Part shown: one piece after another, positions 20,505-29,070 of the stretch
How positions within the stretch are numbered: the stretch's first letter is position 1
Layout: each line of letters starts with the position of its first letter
NCBI GenBank assembly: GCA_041752355.1
Contig: JBGSHH010000085.1
Location: forward strand, 1-60,525
Source: Pirellulaceae bacterium
GTDB lineage: Bacteria > Planctomycetota > Planctomycetia > Pirellulales > Pirellulaceae
DNA length: 60,525 bases
Direction of reading: 5' to 3'
Notes under the pieces: model-generated
The model's input: only the letters and a program-made list of their open reading frames with translations
Databases searched by the model: none
What the model was told of the DNA's origin: nothing
Made by a program: the position numbers and the translations under genes

Positions 20505-21698
20505 ATGTCGGTGCTCGACTGGGTCAGCGGACGAGTCTTCAACTTCGTCCACCGCAACAATTTGGTCTACAACACCTGCTGGGAAGACCCGCGACTGGAT
20601 CGCGTCGCCTTGCAGCTTGGTCCCCAAGACAACGTGCTGGTCATCACTTCGGCGGGGTGCAATGCGCTCGACTACGCCCTGTGCTCGCCCAATCATGTGT
20701 ATGCCGTCGATATGAATCCGCGGCAAAACGCCTTGCTCGATCTCAAGATCGCGGGCATCAAGCATTTAGAGTACGACGACTTCTTTGAGTTGTTCGGTCA
20801 CGGTCGCTTGCGTCACGCGCGCGGTATCTATACGGACAAACTCCGCGACGAATTACCAGAATGGTCGCAGTTGTATTGGGACAAATGGATCAAGCGTTTC
20901 TTCGACAACAAGCGGCGGCCATTTTACTTTCGCGGCACCGCCGGGACCTTCGCCCGGTACATCAAGTTCTACTTCGACAAAGTAGTCCGCGTGCGGCCGC
21001 ATGTTGAAGCGATCTTAAACGCCAAAGACATGGCCGAGCAGCAAGAAATCTACGCGAAGTATCTACGCCCTAAAGTCTGGACGCGCACGCTGCGCTTCGC
21101 GATGGGACGTGATACGACGCTGTCGATGCTCGGCGTTCCCAAAGCGCAGCGCAAACAGATCGATACGCAGTATCCTGGCGGAGTGGTGCAGTTCATCCAC
21201 GATTGTCTGGAAGCGGTGTTCTCTAAGCTGCCGCTTCAGGACAACTACTTTTGGCGGGTCTACATGACTGGGAGCTACACGCGTACCTGCTGCCCCGAAT
21301 ATCTCCAAGAAGATAATTTCCATAAACTCAAGGCGGGCCTAGTCGATAAGGTCAGTACCCATACAAATTCCGTTCAAGGTTTTTTGGACAAGCACGAGGG
21401 GGAGATTTCGCGATATGTGTTGCTCGATCACATGGATTGGCTAAGCGACAAGTTCTTTCCCTTGCTGGAATCGGAATGGGCTGCCACCATCCGCCGTGCT
21501 GCCCCCAAAACACGCATTCTGTGGCGTAGTGGCGGGCTGCGAACCGATTTTCTCGACCAAGTCCAGGTGAAGCATGACGGACAACTTAAGTATCTGCCTG
21601 AGTTGCTAACGCAGCATCCGGAACAAGCCGCCGAGTTGCATGCGAAGGATCGCGTGCATACCTACGGCAGTTTCTACATCGCGGATTTAAAGGCGTAG
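20505..21698 (+). CDS. btaA: BtaA-like S-adenosylmethionine:diacylglycerol 3-amino-3-carboxypropyl transferase (DUF3419)
   Basis: Start trimmed to ATG 20505 (MSVLDWVSG...). The N-terminal block NTCWEDPRLDRVAL....VLVITSAGCNALDY is the DUF3419/BtaA hallmark as I recall it. About 397 aa. Confidence 0.65.
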   Translation: MSVLDWVSGRVFNFVHRNNLVYNTCWEDPRLDRVALQLGPQDNVLVITSAGCNALDYALCSPNHVYAVDMNPRQNALLDLKIAGIKHLEYDDFFELFGHGRLRHARGIYTDKLRDELPEWSQLYWDKWIKRFFDNKRRPFYFRGTAGTFARYIKFYFDKVVRVRPHVEAILNAKDMAEQQEIYAKYLRPKVWTRTLRFAMGRDTTLSMLGVPKAQRKQIDTQYPGGVVQFIHDCLEAVFSKLPLQDNYFWRVYMTGSYTRTCCPEYLQEDNFHKLKAGLVDKVSTHTNSVQGFLDKHEGEISRYVLLDHMDWLSDKFFPLLESEWAATIRRAAPKTRILWRSGGLRTDFLDQVQVKHDGQLKYLPELLTQHPEQAAELHAKDRVHTYGSFYIADLKA

Positions 21699-21807
21699 TC
21701 ACTGGCAGGTGTGGCGAGTCGCGCGAGCCGCACTAGAATTATCGTCGATCCATGGGTGCGGTTCGCGGACTCGCCACACCCTACAAAACGCTGCGGATTC
21801 GTGTTCG

Positions 21808-22545
21808 ATGGGTTGGCTCTCCGATCTTAAAATTCTGTATCACCTGACCCTGAAGCCGATTCGCGGCAAGGACCATGCCGCGCGTTTGGAGAGCTTTTAC
21901 TCCGGACAGGCGGATGCTTACGATGACTTTCGCAAGCGTTTGCTCAAGGGACGCGAAGAATTATGGGACGCGATCCCCACACCGGAAAATGGTGTCTGGG
22001 TCGATATGGGAGGCGGCACCGGCGCGAATCTGGAATTCTTTGCCGACAAAATACAGAAGCTCAAGAAGGTTTACATTGTTGATCTCTCGCCCTCGCTGCT
22101 AAAGGTAGCGACGACGCGCATGCATTCGCGCGGTTGGACCAATGCGGAAAGCGTCGAGGCGGACGCCACAATCTATCAACCAATCGAGGGACCTGTCGAT
22201 GTGGTTACTTTTTCATATTCGCTGACGATGATCCCCGATTGGTTCGCCGCCATCGACAACGCCATAGCAATGCTCAAACCCGGTGGCCTCATCGGCGTCG
22301 TCGACTTTTATGTGTCGCGTAAGTTCCCGAAGGACGGCCTTAAGCGGCATCGTTGGTTCACCCGTAACTTCTGGCCTGCGTGGTTTGGCAACGACAATGT
22401 CTTCCCCTCGGCCGATCACGTCCCCTATCTGCATCGCCACTTCGAACCGCTGCATTTCGACGAGCATTTAGCCAAGGTTCCCTACATCCCCTTCTTTCGC
22501 ACGCCGTACTATACGTTTGTTGGTCGCAAGCGGGCGGATGTCTAA
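21808..22545 (+). CDS. btaB: BtaB-like class I SAM-dependent methyltransferase
   Basis: Start trimmed to ATG 21808 (MGWLSDLKILY). SAM motif I VWVDMGGGTGANLEFF. It directly follows btaA, as in the two-gene DGTS pathway. Confidence 0.6.
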   Translation: MGWLSDLKILYHLTLKPIRGKDHAARLESFYSGQADAYDDFRKRLLKGREELWDAIPTPENGVWVDMGGGTGANLEFFADKIQKLKKVYIVDLSPSLLKVATTRMHSRGWTNAESVEADATIYQPIEGPVDVVTFSYSLTMIPDWFAAIDNAIAMLKPGGLIGVVDFYVSRKFPKDGLKRHRWFTRNFWPAWFGNDNVFPSADHVPYLHRHFEPLHFDEHLAKVPYIPFFRTPYYTFVGRKRADV

Positions 22546-22581
22546 GCGTTACTTGGCGATCTCCAAGCCAAGAAACAAGCA

Positions 22582-22613
22582 AGCGGCGGTCTGTACGTCA
22601 GATCGCCGCCGCT
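22582..22613 (+). terminator. GC-rich hairpin downstream of btaB
   Basis: AGCGGCGG / CCGCCGCT 8-bp stem plus an inner 4-bp TCTG/CAGA stem with a 5-nt loop, 37 nt after the btaB stop. No U-tract. Confidence 0.35.
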
Positions 22614-22934
22614 CGTAGGTACCATGGAAGCAGCGAGTAAGTAGTTCAACTTTCGGCCCGATTTGGACGTTTCCGTTCAATTTGCGGGCAAGCGCATCTC
22701 CAAGACCGCTAAATCACGGTCTCTAGGCTGAATCGGACTGCCAAATTCAGTGGCGCGGGTTGCTTCATCTCCCCTGCTAGCTGTAAAGGCCTGTGTACAC
22801 CATTTACGTTAAGGCGCACAGGAACTTCACACTACGCCATCAGGTCATACTTGCATTCTGTCCCCGTTTTGGACGACAATGATCAAAGGTCGTTGATGTA
22901 CAATCGAGTCTTCCTGCCTGTTTAAATCCCGCCT

Positions 22935-24353
22935 ATGTCCTCGCACTTAGTTCGTTGTTCGGGTCCGGTAACTCGTCGCAGCTTTCTGGCGGCCGGTTCG
23001 CTCGGCATCGCAGGTTTGGGGATGAGCGATCTGCTCCGCTTACGCGCGGAGGCAGCGGCCAAGTCATCCCAGGGCGGCGAGAGTGATACTTCCGTTATCT
23101 TTCTCTGGCTCCCTGGTGGCCCGCCGCACATGGAGACCTACGATATGAAGCCGGACGCCCCGGCCGACTACCGTGGGGAGTTCCGGCCGATTCGCAGCAA
23201 TGTCGCCGGCATCGAAGTTTGCGAACTGTTGCCGCGACATGCGAAGATAGCCGACAAGTTCACGCTCATCCGCAGCATCGCCCACGAGTTCGCCGATCAT
23301 GGTGGCGGGCATAAGCGATTCATGACGGCCCGCGATCCGAAGGAACCGACTGGCTTTGTCAACGATTATCCGGCGGTTGGCTCACTGATCGCCAAGATGC
23401 GCGAAGGAATCGATCGCGGGCTGCCGAACTATATCTGCGGCGTCGATAGCGGTCGCCAAGGAATCGATACGTTCAGTCTCGGCACGTCGTATCTCGGTCC
23501 TTCCTATGCCCCTTTCTTTGTTCCTGGTGATCCGGCGTCGAAGGACTTCAAGATTCAGAATCTGGGTCTTGCGAAGGAGATGGAGAATCGTCTGGCCGAT
23601 CGAACGCAGTTGCTGGCAGGGCTCGATAATCTGCGCCGCGATGTGGATGCCAGCGGTGCAATGTTGGCACTCGACAAGTTCGGCACGAAAGCGGTCGATT
23701 TGCTTACTAGCGAGAAGGCGCGCAACGCCTTTGATATCTCACAAGAACCGGCGGAATTGCGCGAACGCTATGGCCATCATGCGTGGGGAATGCGAGCGCT
23801 CATGGCGCGACGATTAGTGGAGGCAGGCTGTAGCTTCGTGACGATGATCTTGGAAAATCCTTACGTCTCCGGCGTGCCGTTCTTGAAGCAAGGAACCTAC
23901 AACTGGGATTCGCATGCGGTAAATTGCCACCTATTCGATGATGCCCGGGTGCGATTTCCGATCTATGATCAAGTCATTACCGCGCTGATCGAGGATCTCT
24001 ATCAGCGTGGCCTCGACAAAAAAGTATTGCTGGTGGTGACGGGCGAATTTGGTCGCACGCCACGAATCAGCAATACGACTGGCTCGCAAACTGGCGTGAT
24101 GCAGCCCGGGCGCGATCACTGGCCTCAAGCGATGAGCGTGCTGGTCTCAGGCGGTGGCATGCGGACGGGGCAAGTTGTGGGGTCCACCAATGCCAAAGGT
24201 GAGCATCCGCAGGATCGCCCACTGACGCCGAACGATTTGTGGTCCACGATGTTTCACCATCTGGGCATCGATCAGAACGCTACCGTGCTTGATCATCACG
24301 GTCGTCCGATGTTACTGCTACCCAGCGGTGCGCCGATTCGCGAATTGCTGTAA
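22935..24353 (+). CDS. DUF1501 (sulfatase-like) protein with twin-arginine signal
   Basis: 472 aa with Tat motif TRRSFLAAGSLGIAGLG. The remainder is typical of planctomycete DUF1501 proteins (HMETYDMKP, DHWPQA). Confidence 0.75.
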   Translation: MSSHLVRCSGPVTRRSFLAAGSLGIAGLGMSDLLRLRAEAAAKSSQGGESDTSVIFLWLPGGPPHMETYDMKPDAPADYRGEFRPIRSNVAGIEVCELLPRHAKIADKFTLIRSIAHEFADHGGGHKRFMTARDPKEPTGFVNDYPAVGSLIAKMREGIDRGLPNYICGVDSGRQGIDTFSLGTSYLGPSYAPFFVPGDPASKDFKIQNLGLAKEMENRLADRTQLLAGLDNLRRDVDASGAMLALDKFGTKAVDLLTSEKARNAFDISQEPAELRERYGHHAWGMRALMARRLVEAGCSFVTMILENPYVSGVPFLKQGTYNWDSHAVNCHLFDDARVRFPIYDQVITALIEDLYQRGLDKKVLLVVTGEFGRTPRISNTTGSQTGVMQPGRDHWPQAMSVLVSGGGMRTGQVVGSTNAKGEHPQDRPLTPNDLWSTMFHHLGIDQNATVLDHHGRPMLLLPSGAPIRELL

Positions 24354-24425
24354 TTCCATCGTTGTTGATCGCTCTGCTAATGATCGATTTTGCAACTTCC
24401 GCGTCCTACGCGAAGTGAAGCGGGA

Positions 24426-24611
24426 CTATGTTGCGTCTTCATCGTCGTGAGGCGTATGACCCGTGCATTGTAAGACCGGTTGTGATGGATACTTTGCATA
24501 ACGCGCATCTTCCGCCGCGCGCTGGCAGAGCAAGAACCTTGACCCGCGACCGCTGATGACGTCGCGTTTCCACTGGCAGCACTCGCACAAGCTAATGTGG
24601 TTGATATTCAT
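24426..24611 (-). CDS. Small Cys-containing protein translationally coupled to folD
   Basis: 61 aa when started at MNINHISLCECCQWK. Its ATG overlaps the folD TGA in the tetranucleotide ATGA (24611..24608 on the minus strand). Cys at positions 9, 11, 12, 29 and 48. Confidence 0.5.
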   Translation of the reverse strand: MNINHISLCECCQWKRDVISGRGSRFLLCQRAAEDARYAKYPSQPVLQCTGHTPHDDEDAT

Positions 24612-25507
24612 GTCATCGCCACCTGCTCGCGAGCGGCCGTCAGGGTATTGAGCAAGAGCATGGCAATTGTGAGTGGGCCCACACCACCAGGCACCGGTGT
24701 GATATGGCTGGCGACTTCGCAAGCGGGAGCGAAGTCGACATCGCCGCATAGCCCTTCGGCAGTACGATTGATTCCAACATCGATTACCACCGCGCCGGGC
24801 TTGATCATCTCCGCAGTGATGAATTTCGGTTGACCGATAGCGGCAATGAGGATCTCAGCGCGGCGCGTGACTTCCACCAAATTCGGGGTCCGGCTATGAC
24901 AAACCGTGACGGTGGCATTAGCGGCGGTGGGGCCACACGAAGAATCTTTGGCCATCAGCAACATTGCCTGCGGCTTGCCGACGATCTCGCTTCGGCCGAC
25001 GATCACGACTTCCTTTCCCAGCACCGGCAGACCGGCACGATGCAAAACCTGCTGCACTCCATGCGGAGTACAGGGACGAAATCGGGGACGGCCTTGCGAA
25101 AGCAATCCCACATTTTCTGGATGAAAACAATCTACATCTTTTGCAGGCAGCAGAGCATCAAGCACGCGCGATTCGCGAATCTGCTTCGGCAAGGGAAGTT
25201 GAACGAGAATGCCATGCACGGCAGGAGCCGCATTGAGTTCAGCGACGACATCCAGTAATTCGACTTCGCTCGTATTGGCAGCGAGACGAATGAACTGGCT
25301 GGTCATGCCAACCCTCTCGCAAGCTTTGCGTTTGTTGCGAACATAGACCTCACTCGCCGGATCCTCACCTACCAATACCGCCGCCAGACAAGGGGTGACA
25401 CCGGATTGGCCAATGAACTCAGCCACTTGCGCGGCCGTTTCGTGTTGAATCTGGGCAGCGAAGAACTTGCCATTGATCAATTGAGCCGACACGGGAGGAA
25501 CATCCAT
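24608..25507 (-). CDS. folD: Bifunctional methylenetetrahydrofolate dehydrogenase / methenyl-THF cyclohydrolase
   Basis: 299 aa with colinear FolD motifs: LAAVLVGEDPASEVYVRNKRKAC, GILVQLPLP, VVIVGRSEIVGKP, GGVGPLT. Confidence 0.9.
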   Translation of the reverse strand: MDVPPVSAQLINGKFFAAQIQHETAAQVAEFIGQSGVTPCLAAVLVGEDPASEVYVRNKRKACERVGMTSQFIRLAANTSEVELLDVVAELNAAPAVHGILVQLPLPKQIRESRVLDALLPAKDVDCFHPENVGLLSQGRPRFRPCTPHGVQQVLHRAGLPVLGKEVVIVGRSEIVGKPQAMLLMAKDSSCGPTAANATVTVCHSRTPNLVEVTRRAEILIAAIGQPKFITAEMIKPGAVVIDVGINRTAEGLCGDVDFAPACEVASHITPVPGGVGPLTIAMLLLNTLTAAREQVAMT

Positions 25508-26089
25508 GAGCGAGAACTGAAGCCGCCACCAACGAGTTTAAGTCGCTGAATTGTAACTTCTCCCGCAGTCGGCGCGTGCGGAGGGGACGTGCAAATCCGC
25601 AAAGAGCGGGGTTAGACGCGAGGATTCGCAGGAAGTTCCCGTCACGGCGCAAAATATTGCACAATTTGTTGGCGTTTTGCCGCAACGATCTGTAAAAGAA
25701 GTAAGGCCGGAGAGCAAGTTCGGAACAAGCCATCAGCGGGCCTTGCTGTTCCCATGATCGTACCAACGTATCAGGCCTTACTCTCCGGCCATTTTCTTTA
25801 GTGCGCCACGCTGCGATTAGTACTCGCAGATTCTGCTCGCTGGAAAAGTTTTCCAGTAAACCCCTCGGTGATTGCTAAGACTCGTGAGCGCTGAGAGCTC
25901 CAGGCATTGCCCATATTTCCCAAATTATCTAATTCAACATCTATTAATCTTCCCATCGCAATTGATTGCCCAATTACTCCAGATTTGATATCTTCCGGAA
26001 ATACCCAAGGCAGGTGCGAGCGTCAGAATCCGCAAGGTTCTTACGCGCGTAGCAACTTGTTCCGCATCATGATTCCGGGAGAAAGCACA

Positions 26090-26671
26090 ATGAAGAACAT
26101 GTCCTTTTGGGGCAAAGCCCTCACGCTTTTGGTGGTCGTGGGCTGTGCCACCACAGTTCTCGCGGCCGGAGCGCCGCTTGAGTACATCAAGAACAAGACG
26201 TTCCAAAATCTCGCCTCGAGTCCCAGCAAATTTCACGGGCATTACCTGTCTATCAATGACGATGGCGAATCGGTATTGAGTTCCGAGAGTAACCAGGACG
26301 CGTCCGGTTCCATCTGGGAATTCAAGAAGCTGTTTTGGAAGGAACGTGGCTATGTCACGCACGCGATCATTCAACGCGGCAACAACAGATTTAACGGTCA
26401 GTTTCTCGCGATCGACTTCAAGACTGGTGAGTTGATGTTTAGCAAGACGGAAGTGCCGACCGCTCGTTGGCTCATTCGTTATGCTGGCAAGTATCAAGGC
26501 TGGGACGCTTACTACATTCAAAACCTGGCGGAAACCGGCAATTTTGACATGCAATTCATCGCCATTGATGAAGTCACAGGAGCGGTACAACTCTCGCCCA
26601 AACCAACGCCCGGCGCCCACTGGTTAATGGGGGACGCACCGTACCTGCCTGCCGAAAGCCTATACCCATAG
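26090..26671 (+). CDS. Secreted protein with three internal repeats (beta-trefoil-like)
   Basis: Start trimmed to ATG 26090 (MKNMSFWGKALTLLVVVGCATTVLAAG signal). Three repeats of about 45 aa, each with (Y/F)(L/I)(S/A)I(N/D) ... G ... (I)W(E/L)(F/I/M) (HYLSINDDGE..WEF; QFLAIDFKTGE..WLI; QFIAIDEVTGA..WLM). Confidence 0.55.
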   Translation: MKNMSFWGKALTLLVVVGCATTVLAAGAPLEYIKNKTFQNLASSPSKFHGHYLSINDDGESVLSSESNQDASGSIWEFKKLFWKERGYVTHAIIQRGNNRFNGQFLAIDFKTGELMFSKTEVPTARWLIRYAGKYQGWDAYYIQNLAETGNFDMQFIAIDEVTGAVQLSPKPTPGAHWLMGDAPYLPAESLYP

Positions 26672-26787
26672 TCGCTCTGCTCTATAGACGCTCGAGGGGA
26701 CGCTTTGTCCGTCCCCTCACGCTACCCCGAAGCGTTACACTGTAAAGATCGCTCGACGTATCTCGCCCTCCCTCCAGGAAACCATTC

Positions 26788-27426
26788 ATGCATCTTGCAC
26801 GCTTTGCACTTCCCGTCATCCTGCTTTGTTCGCTTACGGTAGTCGCCATCGCCGAAGACAAGTCCGAGTGGACCGAACTCTTCAATGGCAAGAACCTCGA
26901 TGGCTGGAAGCAACTCAATGGCACCGCTAAGTATGAAGTGGTGGATGGCACCATCGTCGGCACCACGGCCAAAGGTAGCCCCAACTCCTTCCTCTGCAGC
27001 ACTAAGAACTACGGCGACTTTGAACTGTTATTTGAAGTGAAGGTCGATGACGAACTCAACTCTGGTGTGCAAATTCGTAGTGAAAGCAAGCCTGATTATC
27101 AAAATGGACGCGTGCATGGCTATCAGGTCGAGATCTGCATTGGTGGCGAGGCGGGTTTCATCTATGACGAAGCCCGTCGCGGTTGGCTCAGCACGGATCG
27201 CAGCAATAAAGAAGCGCGCGCCGCGTTCAAAAATGGCCAGTGGAATAAATATCGCGTCGTCTGCCAAGGCGATTCGATCAAGACCTTTATTAACGATGTT
27301 CCCGTCGCCGACGTGAAAGACGATATGACCAAGTCCGGATTCATCGGACTTCAAGTCCACAGCTTTGGCGGCGAGAAACCTGCCCAAGTTCGCTGGAGGA
27401 ACATCAAGATCAAGGAACTGAAGTAA
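26788..27426 (+). CDS. DUF1080 (3-keto-disaccharide hydrolase-like) domain secreted protein
   Basis: 212 aa with a signal peptide. [19 protein letters not shown] and [11 protein letters not shown] motifs. Paralogue of 16247..16954. Confidence 0.75.
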   Translation: MHLARFALPVILLCSLTVVAIAEDKSEWTELFNGKNLDGWKQLNGTAKYEVVDGTIVGTTAKGSPNSFLCSTKNYGDFELLFEVKVDDELNSGVQIRSESKPDYQNGRVHGYQVEICIGGEAGFIYDEARRGWLSTDRSNKEARAAFKNGQWNKYRVVCQGDSIKTFINDVPVADVKDDMTKSGFIGLQVHSFGGEKPAQVRWRNIKIKELK

Positions 27427-27449
27427 GAGCCGACCGTTCTAACCTCGTC

Positions 27450-28895
27450 CTACTGATTCGTCTCAAAGTAGTGATCCAGCGAGATCACACCATCAGGCGG
27501 CGTCGTGATTTTCGTGTAATAGTACACGCGCTGCCCAACGAGCGAGGCGGGATCTTCCACCTGGGTCTTCATCGAGTTGATCTCGTCGGTCCACGTCTTG
27601 GCAATATCCGAAAGCATCCCTTGCGAGATCACCATCACATGGTAGGCATCGTGTTTATGCATCCGTAGGCGAAACTGCCCCCGTTCATCCGTCTTGGCCA
27701 CGACCAATTGTTCGTTGTAAGGGTTCTGCTGTTTATTGTTGAGACCTTCCATCACATTGACCGCCGTCAGTTTTGTGACAGGCTCAGCATCAACTGGCCA
27801 CACGGCGATAATGGCGCCTGCGTCGGGCGTTGGTGAACCGCCAATCGCATAGCTCACGAATCCATTCATTTCGACCGTATTCTCCCCTTCGGCAATACCG
27901 TAGACGAACGGCCCAGTCGATCGCGGCTTGGATGGCCCCGAGAACATCCACATACCGAGCATGACGATCAGTGCTAGAACCGCCACCGCGCCCACGCCGC
28001 CACCGATCAACATCGGCAGCGGCACGGCCAATTCAAACTTCGGTTCTTGCATCGTGATCGGCACGGGAGCCGGTGCGGTCCGGTCCTTATACGGATCGCG
28101 CACACCATAGTTGGTGAGCTTCGTCGCGGCTACTGCGGTTGAAACCGGCGAACTGCCGCCACCCCCACTGGTGACACTCGCAAACTGCTCCGCCACGACT
28201 TCTTGCTGAATTTTCTTTTCCCGCGCGCGGGCCGCTTCCTCCGACAGTTCCTCGTCGTCGTCATCCAAGAGTTGCGACAAATCGCCAGAATCTTCCATTC
28301 GCGATTCCGCAATGGCGCGCTGATCATCGATTGCCGGATCTTCCGCACGATCCGCACCCGCTTCAACAGCGGGGACATCCTTGAGTGCGGTCACCGCCGC
28401 CTCATCGGCGACCGGTGCCAGCGCATATTCATCGTCGTCGGCAGCACTCACGGCGCTAACAGCCAACTTGCTGGCTGTCACTGCGGGGGCTTTTGCTGCT
28501 GGCGGTTGCTGCGTTAACAATGCATACAATCGTGGCTTCCAGGTTGGCGATTGCTCGATCACTTTATTGGAAACGATGTCCGACAACATCCGATGGCAAT
28601 CGACAATTTCGGCCAACTGTTCGTCGGAGTCGAGTGCCGCACGCTCAAACGGCGCAAGCTCGGCGTCCGGTAGTTGAAAGTCCAAGTAGCGACCAACTGT
28701 ATCGGCGGCATGCCGTTCGTGTGCTTGATCGAGGGCCGGCGCTGGCAGCGTCGGACTCTTGCCCACGGTTTTACAGCGTTCCAACAACTGCTGCACACGT
28801 GCGCCGCTGGAGACCAGGGGCGCGAACTTCGCGCGGTCGTCCGGCGACATCACTTCATGGAGGTAAGCTAACAAGTTGCGCAGCGTCAGTCGCAT
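27450..28895 (-). CDS. Single-pass membrane protein with acidic cytoplasmic region and C-terminal beta-sandwich-like domain
   Basis: 481 aa. Helical N-terminus (MRLTLRNLLAYLHE), Asp/Glu-rich stretch (LLDDDDEELSEE), one TM helix (LPMLIGGGVGAVAVLALIVMLGMWMF), and an extracytoplasmic tail of about 150 aa. An anti-sigma-like role is speculation. Confidence 0.5.
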   Translation of the reverse strand: MRLTLRNLLAYLHEVMSPDDRAKFAPLVSSGARVQQLLERCKTVGKSPTLPAPALDQAHERHAADTVGRYLDFQLPDAELAPFERAALDSDEQLAEIVDCHRMLSDIVSNKVIEQSPTWKPRLYALLTQQPPAAKAPAVTASKLAVSAVSAADDDEYALAPVADEAAVTALKDVPAVEAGADRAEDPAIDDQRAIAESRMEDSGDLSQLLDDDDEELSEEAARAREKKIQQEVVAEQFASVTSGGGGSSPVSTAVAATKLTNYGVRDPYKDRTAPAPVPITMQEPKFELAVPLPMLIGGGVGAVAVLALIVMLGMWMFSGPSKPRSTGPFVYGIAEGENTVEMNGFVSYAIGGSPTPDAGAIIAVWPVDAEPVTKLTAVNVMEGLNNKQQNPYNEQLVVAKTDERGQFRLRMHKHDAYHVMVISQGMLSDIAKTWTDEINSMKTQVEDPASLVGQRVYYYTKITTPPDGVISLDHYFETNQ

Positions 28896-29070
28896 AGATT
28901 CGGTTCATCGACAGCGCAACTACGCACCGCCGCTTGGAGGATGGTCCTGTTCAAGCCGGTATCGTCACGGCCTCGCTGCTAGGAGGGGTCGGGAGACCGC
29001 ATCTACTCCATTGTGGCTTCGTTTGTCGGGTTTTGCAATTCGGGCAAAACCAACCATTATTTTTAGATTC

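Noticed and set aside
19963-20715. 250-aa plus-strand ORF bridging the hypothetical gene and btaA
   Set aside because: It overlaps two better-supported genes out of frame and has Arg/Ser/Pro-rich composition.
25934-26620. 228-aa minus-strand ORF
   Set aside because: The plus-strand frame has a signal peptide and three internal repeats. The minus-strand frame has neither.
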